DNA of 64,000 nucleotides from Mizuhopecten yessoensis (Eukaryota): NCBI RefSeq assembly GCF_002113885.1, contig NW_018405055.1, positions 1,106,459 to 1,170,458 of the forward strand, read 5' to 3'. Shown piece by piece: positions 51,006 to 64,000 of this stretch (position 1 is its first letter; each line of letters starts with the position of its first letter). The notes under the pieces were generated by a model. It saw only the letters and a program-made list of their open reading frames with translations, ran no database searches and was not told where the DNA came from. The position numbers and the translations under genes were made by a program.

Positions 51006-53645
51006 GGTAACGTGTGAACATGAAGTTATGATAAGACTGAAGATACAATGTTCAGCACCACTATGTCGAGTTCCGAAGCTGTTTAGGTCAGGTTTGCTGT
51101 TGCTCGATGACTTACATGTACCGGACAGCATGGGCGCTGTTTCTAATAAACATAGATAATTCAATATTACTGATTGAATTTACTCCAAGGCATAAGTCGA
51201 TCGGAATGTGTTCGAATGACTTTAGATGCTGACAGGCAATATTGATATTGTATATAAATATTTAACCACCATGAATTATATATTGTTTATGCTGTTAGTA
51301 TAATGCAAAATAATCACTAAAATTTGATCACGATTTTACTTTAGAAAAAAAAGATTATGCATTGTAGTTTATTAAGTTTGACGAAGAGATCAAAATAAAA
51401 TAAACAGTGTTTTAAATAATGACTTCATGCTTATTTGTGGTAGTTTAAAGCATTATAATCATGTTATGAATTTAAAAGGAAACTAATATTACTATAATTA
51501 TATTAACATAAATTTTAAGTGAAATATTTATATTTTAATTAGTGGGAATCTAACTTTAAACAAGATGTTGGTTGACTTATTTTAGAGACAATCACTAAAA
51601 TTTTCAGCGTCACTGCTGCTTATGAAACGAAAATACAGTTATAGTAAAAGTGCATGTATGTCCACAATTTTAACACTACTTCCGTGCTACACAGTGTTAT
51701 CTTATTTGTGATTTTAACGTCCATGTCATACAGCGGCTCAAACAATGCCATATAAGAGAGACGTACGAACACGAAAACAACTAAACAGGATGAGTAACTG
51801 TTGAATTAATGAGACAAAAAATGACTTAGCAGACACCCATCAGACACCAGAAAAGGTATAAAACTTCCCATGAAGGGTCAAATTTTGCAACAGTGCCAAT
51901 GGCACATTACAAGGATCATCTGAAGAGCATTTTAAACATCGCTTTATAACCGGATAAATCCACGTACATACCTACGGTCTTTGGTGTCTCTGATCATTAT
52001 AGATGCTTGACTTTCCAGATCTCCTTCCAAATAGATGAAAGATGAGCAATGGCATTCCCGAAAGCTTGATCTTACTAGCAACCAAAATCCGCTCTACCGT
52101 CATTAGGAAGGCTATAACAGTTAAGCTACACACACAATATTATATGATCCACAGTATCAATTGTGATTGAAATCTTAACAAATCTTACAAAGCAATGTAC
52201 TAGTGCTACATAGGCGAGACACGTATCGAACTTTTACTCATATCAGAACATCATGATGCGCTCGTCTAAGTAAGTGTACATTTTAATTAACAGACATCCA
52301 TTCCTTGTTGTGCCTCCAAACATAAAGGTGCTTAGCAAAGCTATAATAATACTAATAATAATTAGAGGTTCTTATATACCGCTTTATCACAACCTAGTTC
52401 GTAGGTCGTCTCAAAGCGGTTCACACATTATATAGCTAACCAACATACTGATTCAGTGTCCTGAAGAAGGCGTGACGTCACGGATCATGCTGATAGCTAG
52501 ATGTTTGTCTGTTTAAAGTATTTATCAGTGTTAGTATGTATTGGCCATTTTCCAGTTGAAAATCATTGGAATATTTTCCATTACCTTATATATTACGTTG
52601 TATTGTTTATAAAGATAACCCCAATGAGGAAACGTTTGACCTTTGTGTGTTTACTTATAGCTCGTACTGACACAGGAAGCCGCATTGCACAATACATAAT
52701 AATAGAAAACCTTTCTATATGAAAATGAGCTTTGGTTGGCATTATCGAACGGAACTGTTAGCTAAAGATTACAGACCCATTCGGTCAAACTATAGCGAGT
52801 GTCGTTTTGTGTACATGAAACAATGCTATAAACGATTTTTAAATAATGAATGGGAACAAATGAAACATCCTGTATGTCAAATAACGTCAGGTTATTTTGT
52901 GTGGTGATAACGCTTAATTATTTATTTTAAATGCATTGTCACAATATTGTAAATTGCTCTCAGTCATAGAACCTTTTGCTTATGGAATAACAGGATGTGG
53001 TGTAATATAATTTCTGTTATCCCATACCCAGCATGTTTTATCCCATACCCAACATATGTTAGCACACGCTAAGGTCATTGGGTATTTGTACAAACGGTCA
53101 AACCGTATTTTTTTTTGCGATATACAGCACGTTATATATGACCTAGGAGTGATGTGATTGGTCGTTAATTTGAACTTTGACCAAACTACTTTTTGCCATG
53201 TGCTCGCCAAGCGGTAAGGTTAACATCTGTCTCATTCACAAGCAGCGCGCCTTTGTTTGGTGGTCCGATTTACGGAGAGACATTACATGTCAACATACAC
53301 ATTGGTCATCCGTGAGTGATTTATTCGTACTCCGATTCACAATAGACAGCAATCAGCTGGTTATCCTGCATAAAAGTAAAACTGCGCGATAAAAAATAGT
53401 TCTTGCAATAAAGTTAAAAGTACTTTTATAAAACACTGATGAATAAAGGGAGTTCCTTTTGTGTTTATAGCCGAAGTTAAATAAATTTTGAGATATAGTG
53501 TTTCATTTTGTTATTTATTTCTTCAGACACGAATACAAATAGTGTTAAATATTAATACGCGTGCGCGACGTTTGACACGCCGGGGAAAAAAAACCAGGAG
53601 TCTGCATGGCTTAATGGACAGAAACACTTCACGAAAGGGTATGGG

Positions 53646-53829
53646 ATAAATAGGTCACACAATTCGTGCCGGTTTGATATCGTATTTATCTCATTCTCGT
53701 TAGATAATTTTCGAAAGTCACAAAAGACATTCGCTAAAGCTCGTGTCTTTTGTGACTTTCGAAAATTATCTAACTCGAGTGAGATAAATACGATATCAAA
53801 CCGGCACCCGTTGTGTAACCTTTATTTAT
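53646..53829. mobile_element. Near-perfect long foldback element (~85-bp arms)
   Basis: ataaataggtcacacaa..gtgccggtttgatatcgtatttatctca.tc..gttagataattttcgaaagtcacaaaagaca, then loop ttcgctaaagctcg, then the reverse complement through ...ttgtgtaacctttatttat. Confidence 0.85.
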
Positions 53830-56736
53830 GACGTCATTATTCAATATTTTTGCTGAATATTTATATCAGTTAGTTAACATTCCATTTCCCGGCCATGGTC
53901 ACTGTTATCAAATATATAATGGCTCTATCGAATGTAATGCTCTCTCTTATCCATATGCTAAGTGATAAAACTAATGTAATATATGCATTGTATTATACAC
54001 GAAGTGATTATATCTATTATAAGGAAGTGTTTTGAATGATCTATATACGTTTATACAGAAGGATGTACCAGACACAATATTTAGCTTCTCCGATCGGGAA
54101 AACGTTGGATGAGAGACATGATATAATAATGCAAATGTAACACCAATTCATGTGAAGTTAAAATAACACATGAGCAAGGACTGATTATATCTATAGCAGG
54201 TAAGGGATTCTTAGTGTGTTCATGACTAGTTAACTAGTATATGTAACAGCCTTTTACGTTGTTGTTTTCCTTCCCAAGAAGTAAAATACCAGCCTCCTCT
54301 GCTTATGTTTTAAAAGTAAATTCGTCTTTTCAAAATATCAGGCTTTCCTGAAAGGCTGCCTTATGTTGACCTATACATAACGTAGGCGTTTTTTTTAATA
54401 AATGCCTCTAAATAAGCGGTTGCGTAAATACCAATATTGTACACATGCTTTCTATGTCTTGCATCACTGATGTCCTACACATCCCCCAGCAAAGGACCTC
54501 GTGGAGGGTGTCGAATGAAACACTTACCGTTCCGAAACACATTGTTTCACCTCCGATCATGTTTTAGGATTCATGTCGTCTTCCCTTATGTTTTCGAAAC
54601 TTCACATATCTCTTTGTTGTCTATTTGCATCGGTTTGGAGTTCTTACAATAACCCCTCGTGTTTTGGTGTTATGGTATGGTGTTAACATCCCGTCGTGTT
54701 TCGACGTAATGGTAAAATCTATTGCTAAATCTATATTTTCGTGAACAAATGACGTAAGAAATGCATGTTGAATGAAATGGGAATCGGGTCATCACGAACA
54801 AATAATGAAATGTCAGTTAAACGAGTGAGCAAAATCAGGTAATCTACAGAAATTTACATTGTACATCCATGAATCCTAGAAACAAAGAATTTGATATTTT
54901 TTTGTAATTTCGTTCTTTCATCATTCCTTTTCGGGGGTTTAACTTTCACGACTTTCGCGGTAACATTTTTTTTCTGTTTTGAAAGAATTTCGCAAAATTA
55001 ATATCAAATTAATCCTTTCTTGCCAGGGGCCACTAGACCTGACGTCAACAAAAAATAAATCCTGTGAAAGTGACCATTACGGAAAAATGCGAAAATTAGG
55101 AACAGCGAAAAATTGCTTCATAATATATAGATTACAATACCATTTTACACGCGTGTGACATAATTATAGGGTCACTCGACAGCGCCTTTTCAGCGAGTCT
55201 GATGCAACAGGCACGCTTTATAGTATTGCTGACATTTACGTGATTTATTTAAGTGTTTTACATATATATAATAAAAAGGCGATAATGTCTTCAACATGAG
55301 GACGATTTGTACAGATGACATGTAATGAACGCGCTTGTTTCTCATCCACTTAATGCTTTTAAGTTCTGTCAATCTTCACTTGAAAATAGTAATAATTACT
55401 ACTCATTACTTACAAACCCGTTTAAATATATGCATGTTGTATTGTCGTCGGAAGATGATAAGTATACTATCACTTCAATATAATTTATGCTCAATATTAA
55501 CAAAAAATAATGGGATTTTGAAAGTTATACACTTCGACTTAAAACATTAAAACCGGTTCCTCTATTCCAACTCTCCGTCATACAGTATGGTTTTAAGAAT
55601 CAAAATTTTAAATTTACATTAGTGCAAAAAATGACATGAAACATATGACGAAAATATTTTCAAACGTGCTAGATAAGAACAGTGAATATGATAATCGTTT
55701 ACATAGGTTTGCATTTTTATTTATTCGAGGTAGATAAATTTGACATATGACACATAAATTTGATCTTATGTTATATAATGAAACAAAAGTTGACACCAAA
55801 TCATTTACATTCTATTAACGGCGGATGACATTTAACGTAAAGGATAACAAATTATGGATCAGTTGTAGAGCAAACAAAATACAAGTATATCCCTAACATG
55901 TGTGTAATAAATAGCTATTAGAATGATGAACTGTACAAACATCATTGTAATCAAATGACAATATTATTCATGCTGATACTGGTATTGCTGAACTTCGAGT
56001 AAACAACCTATTGTAATGAAGCCAAACCTTTGAATTAGCAAAAATGCTGCGGGAGGCAATTAATAAGCAACAGCGCGCAGTATCGTACATTTCCATATGT
56101 CGATGACACATTGCGCTCTGACTCTTCCGAGATGTTACAATATCAGCTGCTGATAGAGCCAGGGGTCACTCCTGATATCAAAGACGAAATTTAAATAAAA
56201 TAATATATCGCTCAACTTTGGAATAATTTATTTTCGTTATTGATTTTCATTGTAATCACAATTACAAGCGAAATATTTAACATATTTCTTCAAGCTTTCT
56301 AAGCTATGATACAGCTGAGCACATGTCATTTACGGTTGTCAAAACACAGTCCATCACCATCAAATTTTACAACGATATGGCAAATATTAAGCGAATCAAG
56401 CACTTTTGTCCTATTAGCATTTTCATGAATGTTTCTCAGGAAAATCACAAGGAAGTTGTCAGGACATGAAAGCGATCATTCCAAACATCTCTGCTTCATT
56501 ATCAGAAAAACAACAATGATGTAAATAGTCTTCGTCTGCATTGTTCACCTCGATCTTAACTGTTGTAAGTTTAGGGTTCTGGCATGTTAGGAGAGAACAC
56601 GCCTTAACTTATATCGGCAGTTCATCATTTCCTCAACATTCGTTAATTAGCGTTAGGTGTATGCAGGCTGTGTTGGAATCAAGAACAGTTCTGATACTGT
56701 TTATATACATGTTACAGAGTTCGCGATTACACATTT

Positions 56737-56973
56737 TCAACAGATTCGTGCTGATGAACATCTCCTGTATCTGGTCAGACAAGAGAAGAAACACCATCGA
56801 CTTCTCTGACAGGTCCGTCGGCACACGTAGTAGGACCTCAAACACTTTGTCTCACATGGTCGGCGGATGTGTCTCATTGCCATAAGTCTGGCTGACAATC
56901 GGGCATCGCTTTCTGTTACCAGAAGAGAAAGACACAGCACCAGCCCAAGGACCATCAAATACGTCGGCTTCAT
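56737..56973 (-). CDS. Secreted Arg-rich 8-cysteine peptide precursor (78 aa), unassigned family
   Basis: Clear signal peptide MKPTYLMVLGLVLCLSLLVTESDA, then a 54-aa mature region with C-X3-C-X6-C-X3-C-X5-C-X3-C-X6-C-X5-C. Acceptor tctttcag|AC-ATG at 56976-56977, upstream donor CAG|GTAAGC at 57387/57386, TATAA ~57444-57448, and AATAAA (minus) at ~56227-56232. Confidence 0.82.
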   Translation of the reverse strand: MKPTYLMVLGLVLCLSLLVTESDARLSARLMAMRHIRRPCETKCLRSYYVCRRTCQRSRWCFFSCLTRYRRCSSARIC

Positions 56974-57386
56974 GTCTGAAAGATAGAAGAATGGAGGTCA
57001 ATGTATCATACATAACAACTTTATAAGTGCTTATAACATCACTGTTCAAATGTACGAGTATATTATTTCCAGTCGGAATTACTATCAATTATACATATGC
57101 TAATTTAAAATGACCAATTTTTGGGAAATATCATATGATTACCATAAATGTGTTCTGCATAATTTGTTTTAAATCAACAACATTTAAAAAAGAGTTTAAT
57201 GATTTCACATTGACCATGAAAATATTCATATACAAAAACAATCAACATGTTTAGTTTTAGTGCACAAGAATGTTCTGTCTTAACGAAATAAAGTTAGGTT
57301 TTGTTTTAATATATACTTATATAGGTTGTATGCATTAAATAAAAGCTTTGTTTCTCATAGTCTGTTACGAATCATAAATAGCTTAC

Positions 57387-57690
57387 CTGTTTTGTGTGTG
57401 AATATTCCAATGTAAATGTCTTGATAGCCAGTGTTGTTTACTCTTATAAGGTAAACAGGGATAGTTATATCACGATTAGTGTATATTAAGATTCTCTACG
57501 TAATACAAATAAATAAATTACGGTGCCAGTATTAAGGCGGTAGATTTACAGTCCTGGGAAACAAATAAGAGTTTACTCTGCTATCACAGCCAAATTAATA
57601 ATTTACGTAATCGTAATCGCGGGGGTTTATATAGTTTACTTTTGTAAATGACCATACACGTCATCACCAAGGAATGAAATACGTCAGATT
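57387..57690 (-). promoter_or_regulatory. Non-coding first exon and TATA promoter of the Cys-rich peptide gene
   Basis: TATAAGAG on the minus strand ~57441-57448, ~55 nt upstream of a strong donor. bZIP-type sites: TTACGTAA 57603-57610, ACGTCA ~57658-57663 and 57681-57686. Confidence 0.5.
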
Positions 57691-60600
57691 GATTAATGAT
57701 ACGAAAAGAAAAGGCAGGCATTGGTTGGACATGGTCCAAATAGCGCCATACCTATCAATTGTCTTAACTGACGACCATCCCTTTTTTGTTGACAGATAGG
57801 TGCACAGACTCTATACGTTACGGTATTAACCACACGATGGTACTACTAGGCTTGCTTTCAACCTCGATTATATTTTATTGAAAAATAACAGGATAACATA
57901 ATATAAACACATGTGTTGTTGAGAAAAAAAATATAAGATTTTTTTCTCCATTTTTTAAATTACTTGTAAAAGAGAGAACAGATAGAACCTGGTGATTTAC
58001 ATACATCCCTATATGTGTTTTTGTAAAAATGTGGTTTGCAAAAACCAAATAACGATGCAGGAAAAAAATACTTTTTTTAAAATAAAAATCACGGAAATTA
58101 GCGTTACGTACATATCCACCTCTGTTTCCACGTTGTGAATTGTTAAAGGGCCACCAATGAGGATATTTTGTGATGCTGTACCTGTAATAAACAAACATGT
58201 CTGCTGACATGTTGTTGTTGTCAAGGTTTGTCTTTATGTTAATAGGTCAGGTTTACTGTGTTTTAATAACACGAATGCATTAAATGTCCGACTCTCTACG
58301 TCATCAATTCAACATAAGCAAAAAACCAGCAGACTCATCGTATATCGCCGTATCTTGTTAAATGAAATGACGCATGTATGTGACTTTCATACATTATTAG
58401 AAACAGATGATATTTAATGGCTTCCCATTGAATGTATGTACCATGTATATTTCACAAGCATGGCAGACTACCGATACTGATACTGTATAACATATTTGTA
58501 TAAATGTAGGAATACACCGCCATTCTTGTGAATTAGATATAGTATGCAAAGGGAAATCAATATGTTCTATTTGAAATGATACTACGTCAAAAATACGAAA
58601 ATTATAAACGTAATATTCCAATGACCTCGCGCTTAACATCAGTCTGTGTGCCATTTTGAATAGGCTACTGAACGAAATTCTACTGGTTTTTGTTTTTATC
58701 TGGAAAGATTGACTTTCGAAAATGTTGAAATTGTGTAGTGAGGTAAATACTATGCCGAAGTGTAAACAGCAGAGGCGCATCAAAAACCACATACAATGCC
58801 GTCGGTTAATGTGCATATAAAAAAGAACAAATCTGCGGCTTTGGTGACATTTTGATTGGTCTATATAATTGGTCTATATCTACACACTTGAAGATATAAC
58901 ATTCTGTAATATATTAATTTACAGGTAAAATGTGATGATTAAATATATGACCCCGTTGACCAAATGGATTGGGTACTAGTTGTTTGTTTGATTTACTTTA
59001 GTATTGCAAGAGTAAAGAACATTCGAGTATGTGTCTAAATCCTGGAAACATAAAAGGTTGACCTGTTTGAGGTGTATCTGGTGTTAGAATGTCTATAATC
59101 AGCCATCTAATCGACCGAAAAAGATTGAAATGTACAGGTGAGCTCTGTTAAAGACCGCATTCAACTAGAATTACTTTGTTTGATGAGATATATCGTGTGC
59201 ACATGGTATTGAGTGGGTGAGCACAAGATGCAATTGTGCACTCGCTTCCGAAACCCGAATAAATAATTGTTCGTCATTCAACCATTTTTCGCAAATCGAC
59301 CAATCAAATACTATTGTTATGGAGGGAAGACATAATTGTCTGGTTAATGAAGGTATCAGATATATATAGACATGTATGATAGACTTATATGATCGTTTTC
59401 TTTGTGACACGTTTTAATTCATATGACAATATAGTTTGTTAAATTACATTTTATTTTTTCTTGAGTCCAATTTTGCTACATGTGTTGACTGCTAATGAAC
59501 AGTTAATCAATATTTGATTAAAATAAAACTCCTTAGCGTTTTCCTTTTAAGCACTTCATTTGAAATCGGATTTTTACTCAAAATAAATCTACATAGGATA
59601 AGGCATTTTTAATTCATACCTACATGGGCGACATAGGAATTTGCTATTTATAACCGTGTTACCTATTTTGCCCCTTTATACACCACATCATATTTAATCG
59701 AAATAAACATACCTTAACGTCATGCGAGTTCCTGGAATGTGTAGCCTATCCAAGTTGAGTCGGACATTAATTATGGCCATGTGTTAGGCGACGTATGACA
59801 ACTTTCCTGCTATTGTTTTAATAAATAATAAAAACAGCGAATGTGTTTTGCACTTTCATCATGATTCAAAACATTCCTACGAATTCGGCTAATCTAGCCG
59901 GATGCGTAGTTTGTTTAATACAAAGTTATTTCGTGAAAACCGGATCCACTATTTCAACATGTCAGTGGTACTTACCTGTCTGAATTAAAAAAAGACTATG
60001 ATCATTCTGATCAGAGCAAGAAGCACTACAGTCTTATAATATTTCGCAAATTCAACTTTGTACTAATTCGTGTGTTTCTACATAAAAGTGAAAGCGTCTA
60101 CGTCTATCAAGCCTGTTTACAATACCTGTACAGGTATTCTTCATTCTTCGTGAACACGGCACGGTTAATTCATTTCATTTCAACAAATTGTATTCATGAT
60201 GGTATATGAATGGGATCGAACAACATGCTATGACTTTATCAGTTCTCCCCAAAGCAGCACGGTTAATTGAGTGTACCAGTTATTACCAGTTGGAGGTTCT
60301 TATAAGAGTATATGTAGTAGTTTATTTGCTGGTTATGTGTGTTTAATGTTTAACAGGCTATTTATTCGATTATGATGTCATTGAAAAAAATGTACAAATC
60401 GACAGATTACAGAACCTACTGCTTCTTTAATCTCATACAAAAGTTTGATTAATTCCATTCTGTTATCACGCTATGCATGTGCATCTAATGTGTGACTTAT
60501 TACACCATTCTCTACTATTCCCGATATCAACCACTATCACCAAAAGCGATATACAAATATAAATTACTACGTTTAATATCAATTACCTCAAACAATCACT

Positions 60601-62158
60601 ACACTACCGTTTTATGTTATATTCAGTAATTTAGATATAACTACTGTTTGTAAGGTTAACATTTTTTAAAGTAAAAGTCCGAAGTTGGTATTGATTTCCT
60701 GTTGCTTGTATATTTCAATAAACATTTCATTTCAAGTCAGAAGATACATAATTGATTGTGTAATTGAAGTTCAATGTATTCATCTGAAAATACTTACGAA
60801 AACACTTTTATTCTAGGAAAAAAATAGATTCATTATACAATAAAATTATTTATATATGTCACTAAGGTAGGTTGGGATTAGTTTTACGGTCGTGAAAAAC
60901 AACAGGAAGTGATAAAATACAGGTATTCCAAGAATGTTCATTAATTAACTACTTTCATATTCATTACTTATAAGGTCCATTTTTGGATGTCATTCATGAA
61001 GTAGTTCATTGGTTTACGGCAAGAATATAATTATGCAAATTGATATATGAATTTGTAGTGATAACATTGAATGAATTTTTCTTCGGCACGAGAAGAGTTA
61101 AAAATAGTTCATAAGATAGTACTAGACATAGTTGACTGAGTATTACTGTTCATTCAAGTATGTTTACCTTGTGATACACATACAATGGCTACATAGATTG
61201 ACGGTGATTCATATAAGTCTAGTTAGACAGGCGTAACAGGTAGACGTTCACTGAAAATGTCACAGACACTATTTGTGAACAAGTATGTTATATTAAAAGG
61301 GCAACGAGCATTGAAATGATTTTTTTTTAAATCCTTCATAATCAGTCATTTGAAGGTAATTCATATTGTATTAATCTTTCTATGATAATAATCTCGTAAT
61401 GTTGATATTTTTTAATGAGGTATGTGTTCATACAATTTGCAGTCTGTGATTATCAAGTGTCAAATTATGATATTGTGATAAAGCAGCGATTAATCTATAT
61501 TTCGTAGTTAGAAAACAACTGGAGGTCCGGCCATCCTATTTTGTGTGTGTATTTGAGTGTTATATCAGTCCCGTGGAGATACTAACATTGTGTTAGCGTC
61601 ACGCAGTAAACATATTTTGAGGTATAGCATAAATTTACTGATCTTTCTTCTTACGCCACTATCTGTGATAATGATTAAACTATTGATCAACATGATGAGA
61701 GACATTGTAGATAAAGGAACTGGTGAGCTTTTGATGAGAGACAGTGTAGATAAAGGGACTGCTGAGCGTGTATGCGACCACCCTCTTCTCCTGTTCTTAT
61801 GACAACAACAACACAATATCATTTCGCAAAGATTTTCTAAAAATTCCGAGAAGACTATCCGTCACTCAGAAATGTCTTGATGACAATTTAGTTATGAAAA
61901 CAACATCATTTTGCCACTATAATTGACATTTTCCACACCTCCATCGATACCCAAGTTTTAAATGGCATATTGGCTATAACGGCATTACGAAAGAAAAAAA
62001 TGGCAGGATATGATACACTACCTCAACAAACCTCTTTACTATCGAACAAATCTTGTTTCCATTCCACTATCACTATTGAGATTTAGATAACCTGACAATA
62101 TAGTCAGGAAAGTCCTTATAATTATCGTGTGTTATTCAAGAGTTTCAGAGTAATAGAT

Positions 62159-62360
62159 TTTCTATTAATGGATCAGAAGGTAAAATCCCCATGCTAGACA
62201 CTCTCATAACAGGAGGGGATAGAGCTACTCAATCTAAAACACTCACTCACCAGTACCCCTGATTCTAACAACCTACTCCATCACATTTTGGCCGTGATTA
62301 GGTATATTAGCTACAGAGCAGGAACCGTCACCAACGAAGAGGCAGGAAAAGGCGGACTGG
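62159..62360 (+). pseudogene. Penelope-like retroelement RT C-terminal remnant
   Basis: Translates GKIPMLDTLIT...KTLTHQY, then after a frameshift DSNNLLHHILAVIRYISYRAGTVTNEE. This matches the Penelope-like pattern LPFLD...RKPTHTDQYL.F.S.HP..HK..VI.TL..RA. Confidence 0.7.
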
Positions 62361-63885
62361 ACTACTGGCCGAAAGATTCGGTTGATAAGATGATAACAAA
62401 ACTCTTTTGACAAAAAAAAAATACCGATTAAAAGGCGGCAACTATAATTCCGAAAACATTCCGATGGTTATGGTTGTCTCCGGTCTACACTCCTCTTTAT
62501 TGAGTGATTCCGAACTGTCGTTTCCCGCTATCTAGTGCCATGGATAAAACACCACTGTAAATGGAGCTTGCGGTGTCGCTGTAGATTTTGTTTCTTACTA
62601 CAGTAAGAATAAGAAATGAAACGGTTATTACCTCAACTATCTACACTCTCTCAAGTCTAACTGTCTGCAATACATCTACACAACCGAACAGATTTGAATA
62701 ACATAAAATACTCTTTCGTGAAATATTGATTAAATGTGCTTGCATGAACACAAAATAATTCAAGCTGTAAGGTGTAATTCATTTTATTCAATAACATGTC
62801 TAAATCTAATGTACTAGTAACACAATGGGGATAATGTTCCTTCTGTTTATTTGATTTATTTCGTGGTGTCTCCATTCACTCAGTATAACATTCATTGGAT
62901 ACTTGGAATAGTTCTACACAAGTGTGTGTATTACATCCAGATCAATTCGCGGTTATATATTTACATTTGCGCTGCAATTCCACTTTATGAGCATGGTTAC
63001 CTTCGTTTCGGGTTATAAGACTATAAGTGAACAAAAAATACAGACATCATGTTTGGCTCGCGTTTGGACTTTTTGGGCTAGAAGTTGAAGTTTTACCATG
63101 AAACCATGGCAACACCATTCAATTTTATAAAATTACCATACTCTATAAGTTTAGGCAGAAATGAAATGATATTATTAAAAATCACAATGAATCTTGTCGT
63201 CGAACATGCTACAGGTCAATGCTGTTAAGTAAGAAACAATCTCTCACTAGCTCACTCTCCGGTACGTCTGTTTCCCGTTTCGTTTAAAATGAATTGTTGC
63301 TAACAGTGTCACTCGATTCGAGTAACACGACCAGAGAAAAATCTGTCTATCATGCTTTCACAACTGATTAAATCTACAAGCAATATCTTGCCTACTCTTA
63401 GTTCCTTTGCAAACTCAACATTCGAAATGTTTCTTCAATGACAAAAAAAAATGGGACGGTGACATGCTTTCCGCGACAACCGCATTAGTCAATTTGCGAA
63501 TTTAGTGGCTTGACGCCATCGACAAACGATGTCAATAGTCATTCCTTTATGCTTGTTTTCGATACGAAATGTGTCATGAAATTAGTGCGAATTGACAGAA
63601 CAAATAATGTTTTTTGTGTCCACAGATATATTTAAAAACTTCAGTCACAGGAAAATGCACGTGCTTTGGGCTGTTTCACCAGTAGAACATTCCATTGGAT
63701 CTTGGTGTTATTTTTAACTATTAAATGTCGTTATTATTTCTTTTAAATACATGAGGATGTGAAAATGAAAATATAAGCATTAAATTGTTTGCAGCTGCGG
63801 TTCATGGGCATTCATGAACCGCATCTAAAAGCAGTTTTATGCTTAAATGTATAACATACAAACAAGAGTCTGTCACGAATAAGAA

Positions 63886-64000
63886 CCAATCCAATCAAAT
63901 TATCAATGATATGTATTACAGCTAATCAAACCAAACCAGATTATCAATGATATGTATTACAGCTAATCAAACCAAACCAGGTTATCAATGATATGCATTA
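63886..64000 (+). repeat. 41-bp tandem repeat running off the window end
   Basis: ttatcaatgatatgtattacagctaatcaaaccaaaccag repeated ~2.5 times. Confidence 0.85.

Noticed and set aside
50158-51159. Plus-strand ORFs of 73 and 160 aa
   Set aside because: Antisense shadows of the GPCR coding sequence.
51006-51164. 53-aa N-terminal extension of the GPCR in the ORF track
   Set aside because: It spans an apparent GT-AG intron, so the downstream Met at 51005 is the more plausible start.
57875-61822. Assorted 70-139 aa ORFs
   Set aside because: AT-rich random-like composition with no domains or consistent splice pattern; one is driven by a 39-bp duplication at ~61692-61767.

Overview
AT-rich, intron-containing animal genomic DNA; the repeat types (Helentron-type HINE, tRNA-derived repeats, foldback hairpins) suggest a bivalve mollusc, which is an inference. 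The left two-thirds hold a head-to-head pair of ER-to-Golgi trafficking genes. SEC22B is on the minus strand (5 coding exons, 7373->3623, 217 aa). SEC16 is on the plus strand (27 coding exons, 8733->39368, ~2130 aa, plus a likely non-coding first exon). The two share a ~370 bp promoter with CRE/UPRE-like, ETS and YY1 motifs. Downstream lie an ~84-bp minisatellite, a spliced stand-alone P2X7-ballast/nanor-like zinc-binding gene (-), a rhodopsin-class peptide GPCR with an intronless CDS (-), and a compact gene for a secreted, very Arg-rich 8-Cys peptide (-) that I cannot assign to a known family. MITE/foldback elements and LINE, Penelope and probable Gypsy remnants are scattered throughout. Best leads: the cationic Cys-rich peptide; the SEC22-SEC16 bidirectional pair and possible ancient linkage to Notch; a candidate 13-nt frameshifting microexon that would give SEC16 a C-terminal LIR-like tail; and duplications that copy SEC16 splice sites. 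All exon calls were made by eye from GT-AG sites, frame continuity and remembered homology; no searches were run.
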